A stretch of 63,888 bases of DNA, the filler included, from an uncultured bacterium (GTDB lineage Bacteria; Auribacterota; CAZIXI01): the NCBI GenBank assembly GCA_964543115.1. It is 3 parts of 3 records of this genome, joined end to end, with 100 filler letters (N's around TTAATTAATTAA, not from the genome) between each part and the next. Parts side by side here need not be neighbours in the genome. Positions count along the whole stretch, not along the records: positions 26,931 to 53,345 come from CAZIXI010000014.1; positions 53,446 to 63,888 come from CAZIXI010000114.1; 1 more part is not named here. The stretch is one strand, 5' to 3'. Positions 48,319 to 60,700 of this stretch are shown here, in pieces. Positions within the stretch are counted from its first letter, which is position 1, and each line of letters begins with the position of its first letter. Under the pieces are notes generated by a model that saw only the letters and a program-made list of their open reading frames with translations, had not been told where the DNA came from and made no database searches. The position numbers and the translations under genes were made by a program.

Positions 48319-49293
48319 TTAATCAGCCCGGAGTAACTGGGTGTACTGGATGTAGCCCTGATTGCCGTTACCCAGGTAGCCACCTTCGTTTATATACACA
48401 TCAAACTCATTCTGATTATCGCGGGCATAGGTAAGCATCTCTTCCCGGCCGCAGTGAACCCAGCCGTTATTGTTCTCCAGGATAACGGTTACCGTTGTAT
48501 TGGCATAAGCAGCGGGTTCAGTGATCAGCAGCTCCACCTCAAATTCCGCACCGTTATTCTGACTGGTAACGCTCTGAACCTTTCCCACATAGCCGGTGGC
48601 CACTGTGGCAATATCAGTGGTATCGGCACGCAAGAGCTGTGCATAACGCAGTCTTCTAATGAGTATCTTACGGTTAATCTCAGGTATAGATGCTGTTAAT
48701 GGGCTCAGATCAGCATTAATGTATACGTCATAGGCAGCGCTGTTGCTTAAGGCAAATTGCAGCATGGTTAGTAAACCGTCATTTGCTGGTTCCGCCAGTG
48801 TATCTTTAATATAATACTTTATAATGACACCGCTATACGCTGCCGGTTCAGTCACCTCAAGCTTTATGCGAAAACAATCATTTAGCTGGGTAATCGAAAT
48901 TACCTTACCAACAAAGCCCCAAACCGTTCCCGCTTCACTTGCCGGATCAATCTTTAACAGCTGTGCGTAGCGCAGCCATAAGGTGCCTCCCGGACTTTGG
49001 TAGCTGCCACTATTGGCGTAACAGTAAAAATCGTTCTGATTTTTATTGGCAAATTCCGCCATTTTCTGTACGCCGAAATAATCAAGGGCATTGGGGTCCT
49101 GATAAGGATAAACCAGCCCACTAAAGTGATATGTGCTTAGCGTTCCCGGTCCAGGTTGCTGTCCTGGCTCCAATACCTGGACATAAGAACTATTTACGCT
49201 ATAAGCGGTTCCTATATCACTGTTAGCAGAAACTAATTGCGCCACACCTAAAACCAGCACAACTACAAACAAAACAAATAATGCCTTTCTCAT
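48319..49293 (-). CDS. Exported beta-rich protein with internal repeats
   Basis: GGAGG SD, signal peptide, repeated LRYAQLL, G(F/Y)VGKV.S.T, TEPAAY and DVYIN. Confidence 0.75.
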   Translation of the reverse strand: MRKALFVLFVVVLVLGVAQLVSANSDIGTAYSVNSSYVQVLEPGQQPGPGTLSTYHFSGLVYPYQDPNALDYFGVQKMAEFANKNQNDFYCYANSGSYQSPGGTLWLRYAQLLKIDPASEAGTVWGFVGKVISITQLNDCFRIKLEVTEPAAYSGVIIKYYIKDTLAEPANDGLLTMLQFALSNSAAYDVYINADLSPLTASIPEINRKILIRRLRYAQLLRADTTDIATVATGYVGKVQSVTSQNNGAEFEVELLITEPAAYANTTVTVILENNNGWVHCGREEMLTYARDNQNEFDVYINEGGYLGNGNQGYIQYTQLLRAD

Positions 49294-49320
49294 CTGACAC
49301 CTCCCTTTTAAAGGTTTAAT

Positions 49321-52300
49321 TTAAACAGCGCGCAATGCTTCTTCTGCCAGCGGCTCTTCAGTCAAGGTAAACATCCTGGGCAGATTATCAGGCGGCCAGA
49401 ACAACCTTGCTCCCGCGGTGAACTCCGCCGGATCGCGCAATACCTTATCCTGCAGCTGCATTAATCTGACGATGACATCTTTTAAGCGGCGCTTTTCCTC
49501 TTTGTTTAGGGCACCGGCAGCTAAGCTGACCAGCAGCTGTTTAATTTTTAAGCCTAAGATCAAATTAGAAAACCCTGTTTCTGCTTTTCCCATAAGATGG
49601 GCAAAACGCAGCTCCCCTTCAATAACAATCGTGTGATTATCTCTCATCACTGAAACAAGAAAATCCTCTGCTAGTCCTGCTTCCTCTACGCTTAGCTCCA
49701 ATAATTCATGCACAATAAGTGCCTTGGTAAGCCTGACTCCCTGATCCTGATGTTTCTCTATCTTCTTCCGGTTATAGTATATACCCGGCCCATTGATTTC
49801 CGGGCAGCTTGCCAATGTATTCAATTCCTGATTCATGCTTAGCCGCAAAAGAGTCAGGCCAAATTCTTCTTCCGGCAGTCCGCCTAAGCTCTTACGCAGA
49901 TATGCTGATAATTCACATAAGTCCTCTAATCCTCTGGCATCTATTTCCCGTAAAATCACAATGCTCCGCCAGACTCTTTCATTTACAACCAATACAGGCT
50001 CAGTATCTTTAGTTGTGGTTATCTCACTGGCGCCCATCCGTTCCGCAAATTCATAAACATCCATGGCCCTGATCCGTCCCAGGGTGCCGATTTCCCGCAC
50101 CTGGCGAAACACCCGTTTAATGACCTCATCCTCCGTCGGAGATTTTATATATTCAGCGAAATATCTGGCAACCAAAACATCTAGCTTTCTCTGTTCAGCG
50201 TCGTTAAGGTTATATCTTTCCAGGCAGGCAATCTGTTTTGCCGCTAGAACCATCAATTCATAACGCCAGCCCAGCTGCTCCTTCAGTTCTTCTTCCATCT
50301 CAGCGGTCTTTTCCATGAATTTTTTAAGATTAAAACCAAGGCTCATCCCGCCAACATCAATTCTTTTCCAGTCTGGAGAGAGCTCATAGGTTTTAAATAC
50401 GCCGCGGTCATCAGCGTGGATAATGTTTTTTGATATCCTGCCCTCATCCACATCGGCAACATCCTGTCCGACTTCAAGACCATACCCCGCAAAAGCGCCG
50501 CAGAAAGCATAAAATTCTTTCACGTCAACCATCTGAGTATTAAAATCGTCTCCAAGCATTTCCCAGGGGAAATTTTCTTCTCCCGGGGCAAAGGCATAAT
50601 AATAACCATCGTTGAAAAACCCTAAAGGCTGAGGTATATGGTTAACTCTGTACTTACCCTGGGAAATAAAATATTCGTCAAGTATGCGTAAAACAAGGTG
50701 TTTTAAGAAAAGCGGATATCCCGCTAATCCCTTACTGCTTACTCTCTTGGCAACCTCCAGTGCTGGATCAATGGGGATTGGTTCCGCATCAAGACCGGTA
50801 ACCATAGCCGGCTTAGCCCTGTACACATCTGCCTCCTGCCCGGAGTCCACATATTCCCAAAATACACCCCGATCATCTTCATGAGAATCAATATCGGCCT
50901 TTAGCGCTGCCGGCGCGAAAAAGTTCCAGAGAAAGTGGGCGAGAAAGGGAGTAAAAATAATAATTATCGGAAAGCTCCAGCTGGCGGCATTGAAAATCAG
51001 GGAAAAGCCCAGCACGCGTAACAGCGATACCATTACCGCGCCAAAACGGGAATCCCAATCTGGATGGCTGAAGATAAAGGGAATCGCGCAAAAGAGAGAA
51101 ACAGCGGTTAGATGAATAAATATAAATGCCGGCGTAAAACTGCCGCACAACATAGCCAGGCCGCAAAAAATCGGTACTGTACTAAAACCAAATAAGTGGC
51201 TTTTATTATTTTTCCGGCGGCTTATCCTTAATTTTGTTTTCGCTAATTCCTTATCGCTGATAAAACTAAAATAGCTTAAAAGAGGCAATCCCAACAGCAG
51301 GCCGTACTCTTCGACAATCGGCGCAATAATATTTTCATAAAGAGCGCTGTTTGCCTGTTTATCCCGGTACCTTTCGGCAAATAAACTACGCATTTCCGGA
51401 ATAACCGCCTTATAATCTTCTTCTGGTCTCACGTTGAAATGGTAATAACTACGTAGAAGATGGGGTGCTACGCTAAATATTTGCTCAACCATGTTCTCAA
51501 TTGCCTCGTGTTTGATGCCCAAGGCCCCAAGAATAGGATCCGTAAGCAAATCCTGCCTGGTTACCCAGATACTTTCAAATCTCTGGGTTAATTCCTTTAA
51601 GCGGCGTCTGACCTTTGCCTGGATAATCTTTTCCAGCAGCGCCTCCGCACCGCCGTCAAGCGTGGCCCTGTCAGTTTCCAGTTCGCCAAGGTAAATCACA
51701 TCTTCCATGCCAACAAGCTGGGCCAGTTCCAGCAAGGTCCAATCAGCCTTTCTCTGCAACATCATCCGGATACCTTTAACATCCATTAAATCATCCAGCC
51801 GCGGCAGCGCCTGCGGACACAGTGTTGCCAAATGCAGCAGTTCGCGGCCGATAACCCTGGTACCTATTCGCCGGCTCAAGTACTCCGCTTGTGCTTCCAA
51901 AGTAACATGAAACATGAGGCCTTCTGCCGCGTGCCGCAAAAACGGGAAATTAACATCCACTGTGGGCTGGCCGGCAACGTGCTCGATTTTATCTGCATCC
52001 GGCCTTTCAGCAAGATAACGATTGNNNNNNNNNNAAACCGTAATCAAACATCTGTAAATAGCCTTCCGGGTGCAAAAGTGCCAGCGCCTGGTATAAGCTA
52101 CCCAAGGCACCAACATTAACGGGAAATAAACCATTGCCTGCGCCCTCACACCATCTTCTAATAAATTTATTAAAGGGAATATCAGTCAAATCAATTTCTT
52201 CATACTCCTTTTCCCATTCCAAATATGCAAGAAAGGACGGATCAAGATCTGCCAATTTCTTTAGTCCTCCCTGCCAATAAAGACTAATAAAATCCTTGCG

Positions 52301-53345
52301 GCTGACGGCTTGGCCATCAATCTTTTTTACTGCCCGGAAATTCCTCGTCAGTTTTAATTTCAGTTTCAAGCGGTAGAATTTATTACCTTTTTTATAAAGT
52401 AATTCACTGCCGGAAAGATCATCATATAATTCATTAAAGCGCACCAATAAGGTATTTCCTGTTTCCAGCACACTAAGATCGGTTGCATCCAACACCCGGA
52501 AATCCGTCACCTGGGCATGCGGCAATAAATACGGCTGCTGTTTTGCATCTTTTAGCATCCTGATGGAAAAATCACCGAGAATATACCTTATTCGCCGATA
52601 AAATCCTCTTCTTGTTCCCTTATCCAATTCCTTCAGGCGGTCAAGAAAATCAGCAGCATAACGGCCATTACCTATTCCCAGTTCCAGAATAACGATTTCA
52701 GCTGGCAGCTTCCCTGCACGTTCCAGGGAAATTAAATGTTCATAAAACTCTTCCGCATTGGTACGAGCAGTGAGTGAATTCCAGGCAACTAAAGTGGGGA
52801 AATCCCTATTCTTAAAAGCATCTCCGCCTTTTAAACGGTAATAAAGATGATTAAGATAAGCAAGCACATCAGAGGCTGGATGAAAATGCCGAAATGCAGT
52901 TTCAAACAGCGGCTGGTTTTCCGGCTTTATTTGCTGCAGGAACAGGTCAAGATATTCCCGCAGATCCGCCGCCAGCTCATCCCGGGCCTGTTCCGCCAGC
53001 GGAGTTTTACGAAAATAATCCATATCCAGATTGCGGTGGGCCCTAGCGGTCATAGCGGCAAAATAGGGGTCCTTGAGGAAATAGGAACCGATTACCGCNN
53101 NNNNNNNNNNNNNNNNNNNNNNNNNNNNNNNNNNNNNNATAGGCTGGGAATCCTGCGGATGCGGAAAAAGCGGCAGTTCCATATATGTATAGCTTACCTC
53201 ATTGCTAAATTGATCAAAATCCACTTGTTCCGACAAAAGCTCAGAGAGAAAGGGAGCCAGCATAAAGTCCCATTTGGGAAACCGGCCGCTGCGTGTTCTC
53301 GCCCTTATCTTCTCCGTTAACGACCGATGATAATGATAGGCCCTT
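49321..53345 (-). CDS. Large modular protein (5'-truncated, crosses two N gaps): MidA/NDUFAF7-like methyltransferase, TM region, kinase-like domain
   Basis: ILELGIGNG, RFNELYDDL and MFDYG before the 10-N gap continue as GQPTVDVNF after it. The frame is open to the contig end. Confidence 0.65.
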
Positions 53346-53445
53346 NNNNNNNNNNNNNNNNNNNNNNNNNNNNNNNNNNNNNNNNNNNNTTAATTAATTA
53401 ANNNNNNNNNNNNNNNNNNNNNNNNNNNNNNNNNNNNNNNNNNNN
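53346..53445. other. Artificial contig linker
   Basis: N44-TTAATTAATTAA-N44. Confidence 0.97.
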
Positions 53446-54216
53446 TTCAAGACGTATAGTTATACCTTTGTTTTTAAGATATTTTTTTGTTTGTTTAATA
53501 GTGTATTCACGATAATGGAAGATAGAGGCGGCCAGGACGGCATCTGCCTTGCCGTCAGCCAGGGCCTCGTAAAGATGTTCCAGGGTGCCGGCGCCGCCGG
53601 AGGCGATCACCGGGACGCTGACTGATTCTGAAATAGTGCGGGTTAGCTCAATGTCGTAGCCGGCTTTAGTGCCGTCACAATCCATACTGGTTAAGAGGAT
53701 TTCTCCCGCGCCATTCTGCACTACCTGTTTTGCCCAGTCCACGGCATCCAGGCCGGTGGGTTTTCTTCCCCCGTGCGTGAATACTTCCCAGCCCTCAGCC
53801 GCTGTTTGCGGATTTCTTCTTTTAGCGTCTATGGCTACTACAATACACTGAGAGCCGAAACGTTTAGCGGCCCGGGCAACGAAAGTAATGTCCTTTACCG
53901 CCGCGGTGTTAATGGAAACCTTATCTGCTCCGGCGCGCAAGAGATTATTAATATCGTCCAGTGTTCTGATGCCGCCGCCAACGGTAAGGGGCATGAATGC
54001 CTGTTCAGCGGTTCTACTGACTACATCAATAATAATATCACGGTTTTCATGTGAGGCGGTTATATCCAGAAAAACCAGTTCATCAGCGCCTTCTTCATCG
54101 TAGAACCTGGCGTTATCCACCGGATCACCGGCATCGCGCAGTTGCAGAAACTTAACCCCTTTAACTACCCGGCCGTCCTTAACGTCCAGGCAGGGGATAA
54201 TACGTTTAGCTAACAT
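53446..54216 (-). CDS. hisF: Imidazole glycerol phosphate synthase cyclase subunit (stop not seen)
   Basis: [40 protein letters not shown]. Confidence 0.97.
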
Positions 54217-54928
54217 GGGCCAGGGCCTCCTTGAAATTCAGCGCCCCGGTGTATAAGGCCTTACCGATAATCATGCCGCTAACACCGGTTTTTTCTAGTT
54301 TCATGATATTACTTATATCAGCCAGCGAGGAAATCCCGCCGGAGGCAATAATATTTGCCGTGGTATTCTTGGCGAATTCTTCCAGGCCCGTTAGGTTGGG
54401 CCCTTTAAGTGTGCCGTCGGTGGCGATATCGGTATAGATAATTGTTTTAGTGCCGAGTTCAGTTACTTTCCGGGCCAGATCAAGCGCTGAGACGGTACTG
54501 GTTTCTGCCCAGCCCTCAATCGCCACTTTACCGCCGGAGGCATCAATGCCAACGACAATTTTTTCCCTAAATTGCGCTAAGGCTTCTGCCAGTATTTGCG
54601 GGGAACGAACGGCCTGGGTTCCCAGGATAACCCGGTCCGCGCCGGCGTTTAAATATAATTCTATATCAGCGGGATTACGGATGCCGCCGCCGATTTCCGC
54701 GGGGATCCGGAGCGCGGCGAGTATTTTTTTCAAGGGTGCAAAATTTACCGGTTTACCCTGGAAAGCACCGTCTAGATCAACCAGGTGCAGGTATTGGGCG
54801 CCTTGCTCCTGCCAGTTAAGCGCGGCCTGGACGGGATCTTCTTTATAGACGACGGCAGTTTCCATCTTACCCTGGGTAAGCCGTACACATTTACCGTTTT
54901 TGATATCTACCGCTGGAATTAAGAGCAT
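54206..54928 (-). CDS. hisA: ProFAR isomerase
   Basis: [33 protein letters not shown]. Confidence 0.95.
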   Translation of the reverse strand: MLLIPAVDIKNGKCVRLTQGKMETAVVYKEDPVQAALNWQEQGAQYLHLVDLDGAFQGKPVNFAPLKKILAALRIPAEIGGGIRNPADIELYLNAGADRVILGTQAVRSPQILAEALAQFREKIVVGIDASGGKVAIEGWAETSTVSALDLARKVTELGTKTIIYTDIATDGTLKGPNLTGLEEFAKNTTANIIASGGISSLADISNIMKLEKTGVSGMIIGKALYTGALNFKEALAHVS

Positions 54929-55548
54929 AGGTTCTTGAAGTTTTTCAGGATCTGAAGGCCCAATTGCTGACTTTTTTCCGGATGAAATTGACAGGCCCAG
55001 ATATTACCCTTGTTTATCATCGAAGAGAAACTGATTCCATAATCGGTTTCTGCCGCAACGACTGTTTTTTCTGACGGTGCCGGATAATATGAGTGAACGA
55101 AATACATGTAAGAATTGTCCGGGATGTCCTTTAATAAATAATTACCCGTTTCTGGCTTTGCGCATTCGCCGTTTTTAACTTTTATTTGGTTCCAGCCCAT
55201 GTGCGGTATTTTTAAGCCGGCAGGAAATTTCTTTACCGTACCGGGTAGAATTCCGAGTCCCTTAATTCCCGGGGCCTCTGCACTTCCCGCAAACAAAATC
55301 TGCATTCCCAGACAAATACCCAGATATGGTTTGTTGCCGTTAAGGAATTCTTTGATTGCTGCCAGGAGGCCGGAATTACTCAGATTATTTATACAATCAC
55401 CAAAAGCGCCAACGCCCGGAACAACCAGGGCGGAGGATTTTTTAATTTCCCGGGGAGAATCAGTGACGGTGGTCGTCAGGCCCACGTGTTCCAGGGCCTT
55501 GTGTACACTACGCAGGTTGCCCATCCCATAGTTAACAATGGCGATCAT
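54919..55548 (-). CDS. hisH: IGP synthase glutaminase subunit
   Basis: YGMGNL.SV, GICLGMQ, PHMGWN, QFHPEKS. Confidence 0.96.
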   Translation of the reverse strand: MIAIVNYGMGNLRSVHKALEHVGLTTTVTDSPREIKKSSALVVPGVGAFGDCINNLSNSGLLAAIKEFLNGNKPYLGICLGMQILFAGSAEAPGIKGLGILPGTVKKFPAGLKIPHMGWNQIKVKNGECAKPETGNYLLKDIPDNSYMYFVHSYYPAPSEKTVVAAETDYGISFSSMINKGNIWACQFHPEKSQQLGLQILKNFKNLCS

Positions 55549-56138
55549 CAGATGAGTCCTTTAGTGGAAGGGATTCCTTTAACCCGGGGATTGATGGTTA
55601 CGGCCGCAGCCAGGGCCTTGGCTAGTGCCTTAAACACAGCTTCCAGGGCGTGATGGGGACCTTTACCAGCCAGTAATCTAACGTGGATGGTGATACCGGC
55701 CTTGGTGGCCAGGGCCTGAAACATATCTTCTATAAGGCTGAGCGGAAACTTGCCGATTTTCTTTTGTTTTAGTTTGAGTTCATAGACCAGGTAGGGCCGG
55801 CCGCTGATATCCAGGGCCACCAGCGCCAGCGCCTCATCCATGGGTACAAGGGCGGATCCGTAACGGTTGATCCCTTTTTTATTGCCCAGGGCCTTGGCTA
55901 AGGCTGTACCCAGGCAGAGACCGATGTCTTCAACGGTATGGTGATAATCAACGTGCAGATCTCCCCGGGCCTTGAGATTAAGATCAAATAAACCGTGTTT
56001 AGCGGTTAGCATTAACATGTGGTCCAGTAATCCAATACCGGTATTGATACTGGCTTTACCGCTGCCGTCCAGGTTCAGCCTTAGTTTGATCTTTGTTTCA
56101 GCTGTATTTCTGGTTATCTCTGTTTTTCGCTTTTTCAT
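55548..56138 (-). CDS. hisB: Imidazoleglycerol-phosphate dehydratase
   Basis: GDLHVDYHHTVED, PMDEAL, HHALEAVFKA. Confidence 0.96.
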   Translation of the reverse strand: MKKRKTEITRNTAETKIKLRLNLDGSGKASINTGIGLLDHMLMLTAKHGLFDLNLKARGDLHVDYHHTVEDIGLCLGTALAKALGNKKGINRYGSALVPMDEALALVALDISGRPYLVYELKLKQKKIGKFPLSLIEDMFQALATKAGITIHVRLLAGKGPHHALEAVFKALAKALAAAVTINPRVKGIPSTKGLI

Positions 56139-56144
56139 TTATCC

Positions 56145-57362
56145 TCACTTTCGGCAGGCCACGCTTTTAGCGTGGGCGTCCAGTCCTTCTATTTGGGCAA
56201 AAACATCGATATTTTTACTTGCTTTCCGCAGGGCCTTTTTTGAGTATTCTAAAGTGCTCACCGGCTTAATAAAATCCCAGGTATTTAATCCGGGAAAACT
56301 AACCGCACTGCCAGCGGTGGGCAGCACATGATTGGTACCGGCGAGGAAATCAGAGAGGGCCACCGGAGTGTTTTCTCCGATAAGGATGATCCCGGCATTG
56401 TTTATCCGGGGGATAATCTTCCGGGCATTCTTTATCATTAATTGTAAATGCTCAGGCGCTATATTATTTATGACATCAATAGCGGCATTAAGACTGGCTG
56501 CTTTAATCATTTGCAGTCCCTTGGGTATGGCCTTTTTAATTATTCTTTTTCTGCTCAGGCCAGGTAACTGTTTTTTTATCTCAGTTATCACTCCATAAGC
56601 TGTTTTGACAGAGGTTGTTACCAGGATTGCCTTACTTAGTGGATCATGTTCAAGCTGGGAAAGCAAATCAGCGGCAATGTATCTGGGATTGGCTCTATTA
56701 TCAGCCAGGATAAGCACTTCACTGGGGCCGGCGGGCATATCAATATCAACTTCTCCGTAAACCATTTGTTTAGCGCAAGTTACGTATATATTGCCCGGAC
56801 CCACAATCTTGGCTACTTTAGGGATGGTCTTGGTTCCGTAGGCCAGGGCGGCGATTGCCTGGGCGCCGCCAACTTGGTAGACTTCTGTTACCCCGGCCAG
56901 ATAAGCAGCTGCCAGGATATAGGTATTAGCCGGAGGCGGAGTTGCCATGACAAGTTCTTTTACCCCAGCCACTTGGGCTGGTAGAGCGGTCATCAGCACG
57001 GTGGACACAAGGGGAGCTGTTCCGCCAGGGACATAGATACCCACCCGGCTAAGGGGCCGGAACAGTTGTCCCAGTTTACAGCCCGGCTGTAGTTCCAGCT
57101 GCCAGTTCCGGGGTAGTTGTAGCCGGTGGAATTTTCTGATATTATTTCTGGCAGTGAGCAGGGCTTTTTTTACTTTTGGCGGTGTTTTTTGCCAGGCCTG
57201 CCGCAGTTGTTTTTGGGGTATTTTAAGGCGGCTAGGGGACAGGCGAATACCGTCAAATTTGGCGGTATATTCCAGTAGGGCCCGATCGCCCCGCTCTCCT
57301 ACATCAGCCAGTATTTTAGAAACCTGTTTGGCAATTTTTTTCATAATTAATAAAGATATCAT
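56145..57362 (-). CDS. hisD: Histidinol dehydrogenase
   Basis: VGIYVPGG, GGAQAIAALAYG, GPGNIYV, AGPSE, QLEHD, APEHL, GTNHVLPT. Confidence 0.95.
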   Translation of the reverse strand: MISLLIMKKIAKQVSKILADVGERGDRALLEYTAKFDGIRLSPSRLKIPQKQLRQAWQKTPPKVKKALLTARNNIRKFHRLQLPRNWQLELQPGCKLGQLFRPLSRVGIYVPGGTAPLVSTVLMTALPAQVAGVKELVMATPPPANTYILAAAYLAGVTEVYQVGGAQAIAALAYGTKTIPKVAKIVGPGNIYVTCAKQMVYGEVDIDMPAGPSEVLILADNRANPRYIAADLLSQLEHDPLSKAILVTTSVKTAYGVITEIKKQLPGLSRKRIIKKAIPKGLQMIKAASLNAAIDVINNIAPEHLQLMIKNARKIIPRINNAGIILIGENTPVALSDFLAGTNHVLPTAGSAVSFPGLNTWDFIKPVSTLEYSKKALRKASKNIDVFAQIEGLDAHAKSVACRK

Positions 57363-57458
57363 ATGTATTGCCGTTAAGCAAGATATATGTTATGTCGTCG
57401 AGAAATAGCGGCAGAAAAAGGGCCCGCTGCCGGCAGGAGGAAAAAAAATCCCTGTTAC

Positions 57459-57651
57459 TTGACAACATGTGTTTTATCGGGTATATAGTTGTAACTCTAG
57501 CGCACAAAGCTCTTTGAAAGAAAACAGAAAAAAATGCCTGGGGGACTTGACAATAGTGGTTTTGTCAGGCATATTGCTTTAGCAGCGCGAAAAAGTGGTT
57601 TTGGAAAAAAAAGCGCTACCCCTTGACAACAGGCGATTTTTCGTGTATATT
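57459..57651 (+). promoter_or_regulatory. Three tandem sigma70-like promoters
   Basis: TTGACA-17-TATATA (57459), TTGACA-17-CATATT (57547), TTGACA-17-TATATT (57623). Confidence 0.7.
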
Positions 57652-57772
57652 TTAACAGAAGCACTTAACGTATTTATTAAATGTTCCGGCAAACTTGGCA
57701 AAAAAAAACAGGAGAGTCAAAGTTGCCGGCAGGTAACCAACGCTCTCCTGAATAATCAGTAGGAGGTAAGTG

Positions 57773-60700
57773 ATGAGTAAGAGCATGTGGAAAAGGGCAA
57801 TTTCAGTTGTAACAGTTGTGCTGTTTGTGGTAAGCAGTTTTTTACCGGTAAGTGCCGTTCAGGCGGCGCCTACCAAAACAGAGCCTGTGGTTGATGTGGG
57901 TAGTATCAATGTGCCCAGTCATCTTGGCTCTATTGCCAGTGTGCATGATGTGCCTGGCGCGGAGAAAACCGTTATCCATATTCAGGATGCTCACTGTAAT
58001 TATAGTGCGCAGAAGAATATTCAGGCCATCCTGGAAAACGTATCCACCAATAATAATGTAAGACTGGTGGGTTTGGAAGGCGCTGAAAAATGGGTGAGTA
58101 CAGCGGTTATTAACGCGGTGCCGGATAAGCAGAAAAGGGAAGAATTCATTGATGCCCTGCTTAATAAGGCGGTAATTAGTGGTGGTGTGGCCTTTGCCGG
58201 GAATCAGGATGAATTTAACAGTCTGCTTTACGGGATTGAAAACAATGATCTTTATCTGACCAACCTTAAGGCCTATACCAAACTGGTTAGCGGCCGCAAA
58301 GAGGCCCTGGGCCAGATCAGTAATGTAGAAGACGGCCTTAACGCCCTTAAGGCTCACATGCTTAATGAAAAACTCCTCACTTTAATAAATAAAAAAGACG
58401 AATACGCAAAGAGAGAAATCAGTTTCAGTCAATACCTGGCTGATCTGGCGGCCATTGCCAAAGAGAACGGCATCGCGCTGACTGGTTCTCCGAATATTAA
58501 AGTGGCGGTGGAGTCAGTATCCATGGAAGATGGAATTGATTTTGCCAAGGTGAATGAAGAGAGAACGGAATTAATCAATGATCTTAGTAAGACATTGGTT
58601 AAAGAAGATCTGCAGAACCTGGTTACCGCCAGCTTGCAGTTCCGTACCGGCAAGATTGGATCACTGGCCTATTATTCCTACTTGGAAACAGTTGTTCCCA
58701 AGGACAGGAAATGTGACGATCTGCGCAACTATATTCAATATGTAAAACTAAACGCCCAGCTTGATTCCGCGAAATTGTCGGATGAGCGGCGGGTGCTGGA
58801 AGCTAAGCTGGTCAAGGCCTTAACCAAGAGCGAAGATGAAACTAAACTTCTTGCTCTGATTGAGAGCGTTGATCTGGTTGAGAAACTGGTCAGTATCAAG
58901 CTGATCCGGAAAGAGTATAATGAACTTTTAAGCAGAAATGTTTCTCTGCAGAATGTTCTGGCTTTCCTCTATGAGAACAGCAAGAAATATTCCACTGGTT
59001 TTACCTGGAACGGCCAGCCGGCAGTCTGGGAAAATGCCTATAAGGCCGGTGTGGATTTTTACGGTGCTGCTTTAAAGAGAGAGGATGCTTTCATTAATAA
59101 TCTGGTTGCCCAGATGGATAAGGAAGACTTGAATGTGGCCGCGCTTGTTTCCGGGGGATTTCATACCTCCAAGATTAAAGAGCTGCTGGCCGCCAGAGAT
59201 ATTTCTTATGTAGTGGTGCGGCCCAGAGTAACAGAAAGAACCCCGAAAGGCCTTTACAGTGAGGTTATGGCTACGGGCATCAGTTATGTTTTAGGGGCAC
59301 ACACTACCGCTGCACCGCAGGAAGTAGATGCTCAAGGGGATGCAGTAGATGAAACAGCGCAGGAAGTTTTAGATACTACGCCTGGAGCGGTAAAGAAGGG
59401 AGCAGAAGAGGGGCAGGAGGCTGTAGAAGATGATGCAACTACGGATGAAGTTGCAGATACTGAAGATGATAGTAAAGACGAGTTCCAGTGGTCCTTATAT
59501 GCTAAGGTTACTGCTGAAAATGCCGCGGTTCAAGCACAGGCGGAAGCGCTGTATCAGGCGCTTACACAGGCTGCCGGAGCCGAGGTTATCAGACTGGATG
59601 CCGATCCGGGTATCATGTATTTCAACCTGGTCAATGGCCAGCTGGAAGTATCTAACGCGGCCTTAAATTTACTTGCCGCTTTGGTTGTTAATGGTAATTT
59701 AACAGATGCCCAGGCCCAGGCAGTTTTAAATGTGCTGGTTTTAGGGCATGAAGTGGATCACCGTGACGGTGAACGCGCGGCTGATGCTATTGCAGAAGAA
59801 ATCAGAGTCTGCACGGGCGATATTGAAAGGATTAATGCTTTATCTGATGATGCAGATGAACGTGCGCTTATTTTAGGGGTATTGATCCAGGTGGCCAGAG
59901 GCCAGATCGATCTTAGCGCGCAAGGTGTAGCTTATCAGGCTGATGCTGAATATGCAGACTATTTAGATGCTATTGCAAAAGGTCAAACGCCTGCTAATAT
60001 AGAGCAACTGGTCAGAGAAAGAGCGAGACGTCTGACTGTTGAGTCGGTTGATAGTCTACCCGCTGTTGAAGGTGCGGTAACAGTACTTGGCGCCGAGTTT
60101 GGTGAAGGTAGAAGAGTAGCGGCAAACGGTCAGACCGTTGCCGATACAGTTACCCGCCTGCCGCGGCAGGTTACGGACCAAGCCCTAGCCAATGGCGTTT
60201 CTTCAGTGGTTGCTGCTGAAGGGATCTCTGGTCAAGCTGTGGCTGCTGCGGTGCAAGGTGAAGATGCTGGTGTAAGAGCTGACCGGGTACGAGTTGCCGG
60301 TGAAGCTGGCGAGCGGTTAGTGTTGAATGCCAGCGGAGATGCTCGCGTTGAGGCCGCTAGGGAGGCAGCTTTATTGGATAATGGGTTAACTCAGCGGGTT
60401 GCCCAGTCCAAGAACCAGGCACGCCTAGCAGTACGTCTGAGTGATGTTCCGGTAGAAGAAGAGGCACGGCAGTTCTTTATTGCACAATTACAGAATATAA
60501 TTGCCCTGGCTAATGTCAGTGTGCAGTTTGTGAATGATAGTTATGAAGCTTTGGCTGAAAACGATGTTGATGAGGATTTAAGAGAGCATCATACCGTAGC
60601 TGAAGCGGAAGAAGGCGCCTGGACAGTGCGGTTGGCTAGAAGCGATGTAACTGTGGGGGCTCAGGATAACGCATCTACTATGTTTATTGGTGAACTCTCC

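Noticed and set aside
52025..52149. N-terminus MRAQAMVYF… of track ORF 49321-52149, and separate genes either side of the gap
   Set aside because: The frame changes across a 10-N gap of arbitrary length, and the MidA-like motifs continue across it.
53446..57362. Missing hisG/hisC/hisIE as an unusual pathway
   Set aside because: Scattered his genes are common, and the contig ends immediately after hisF.
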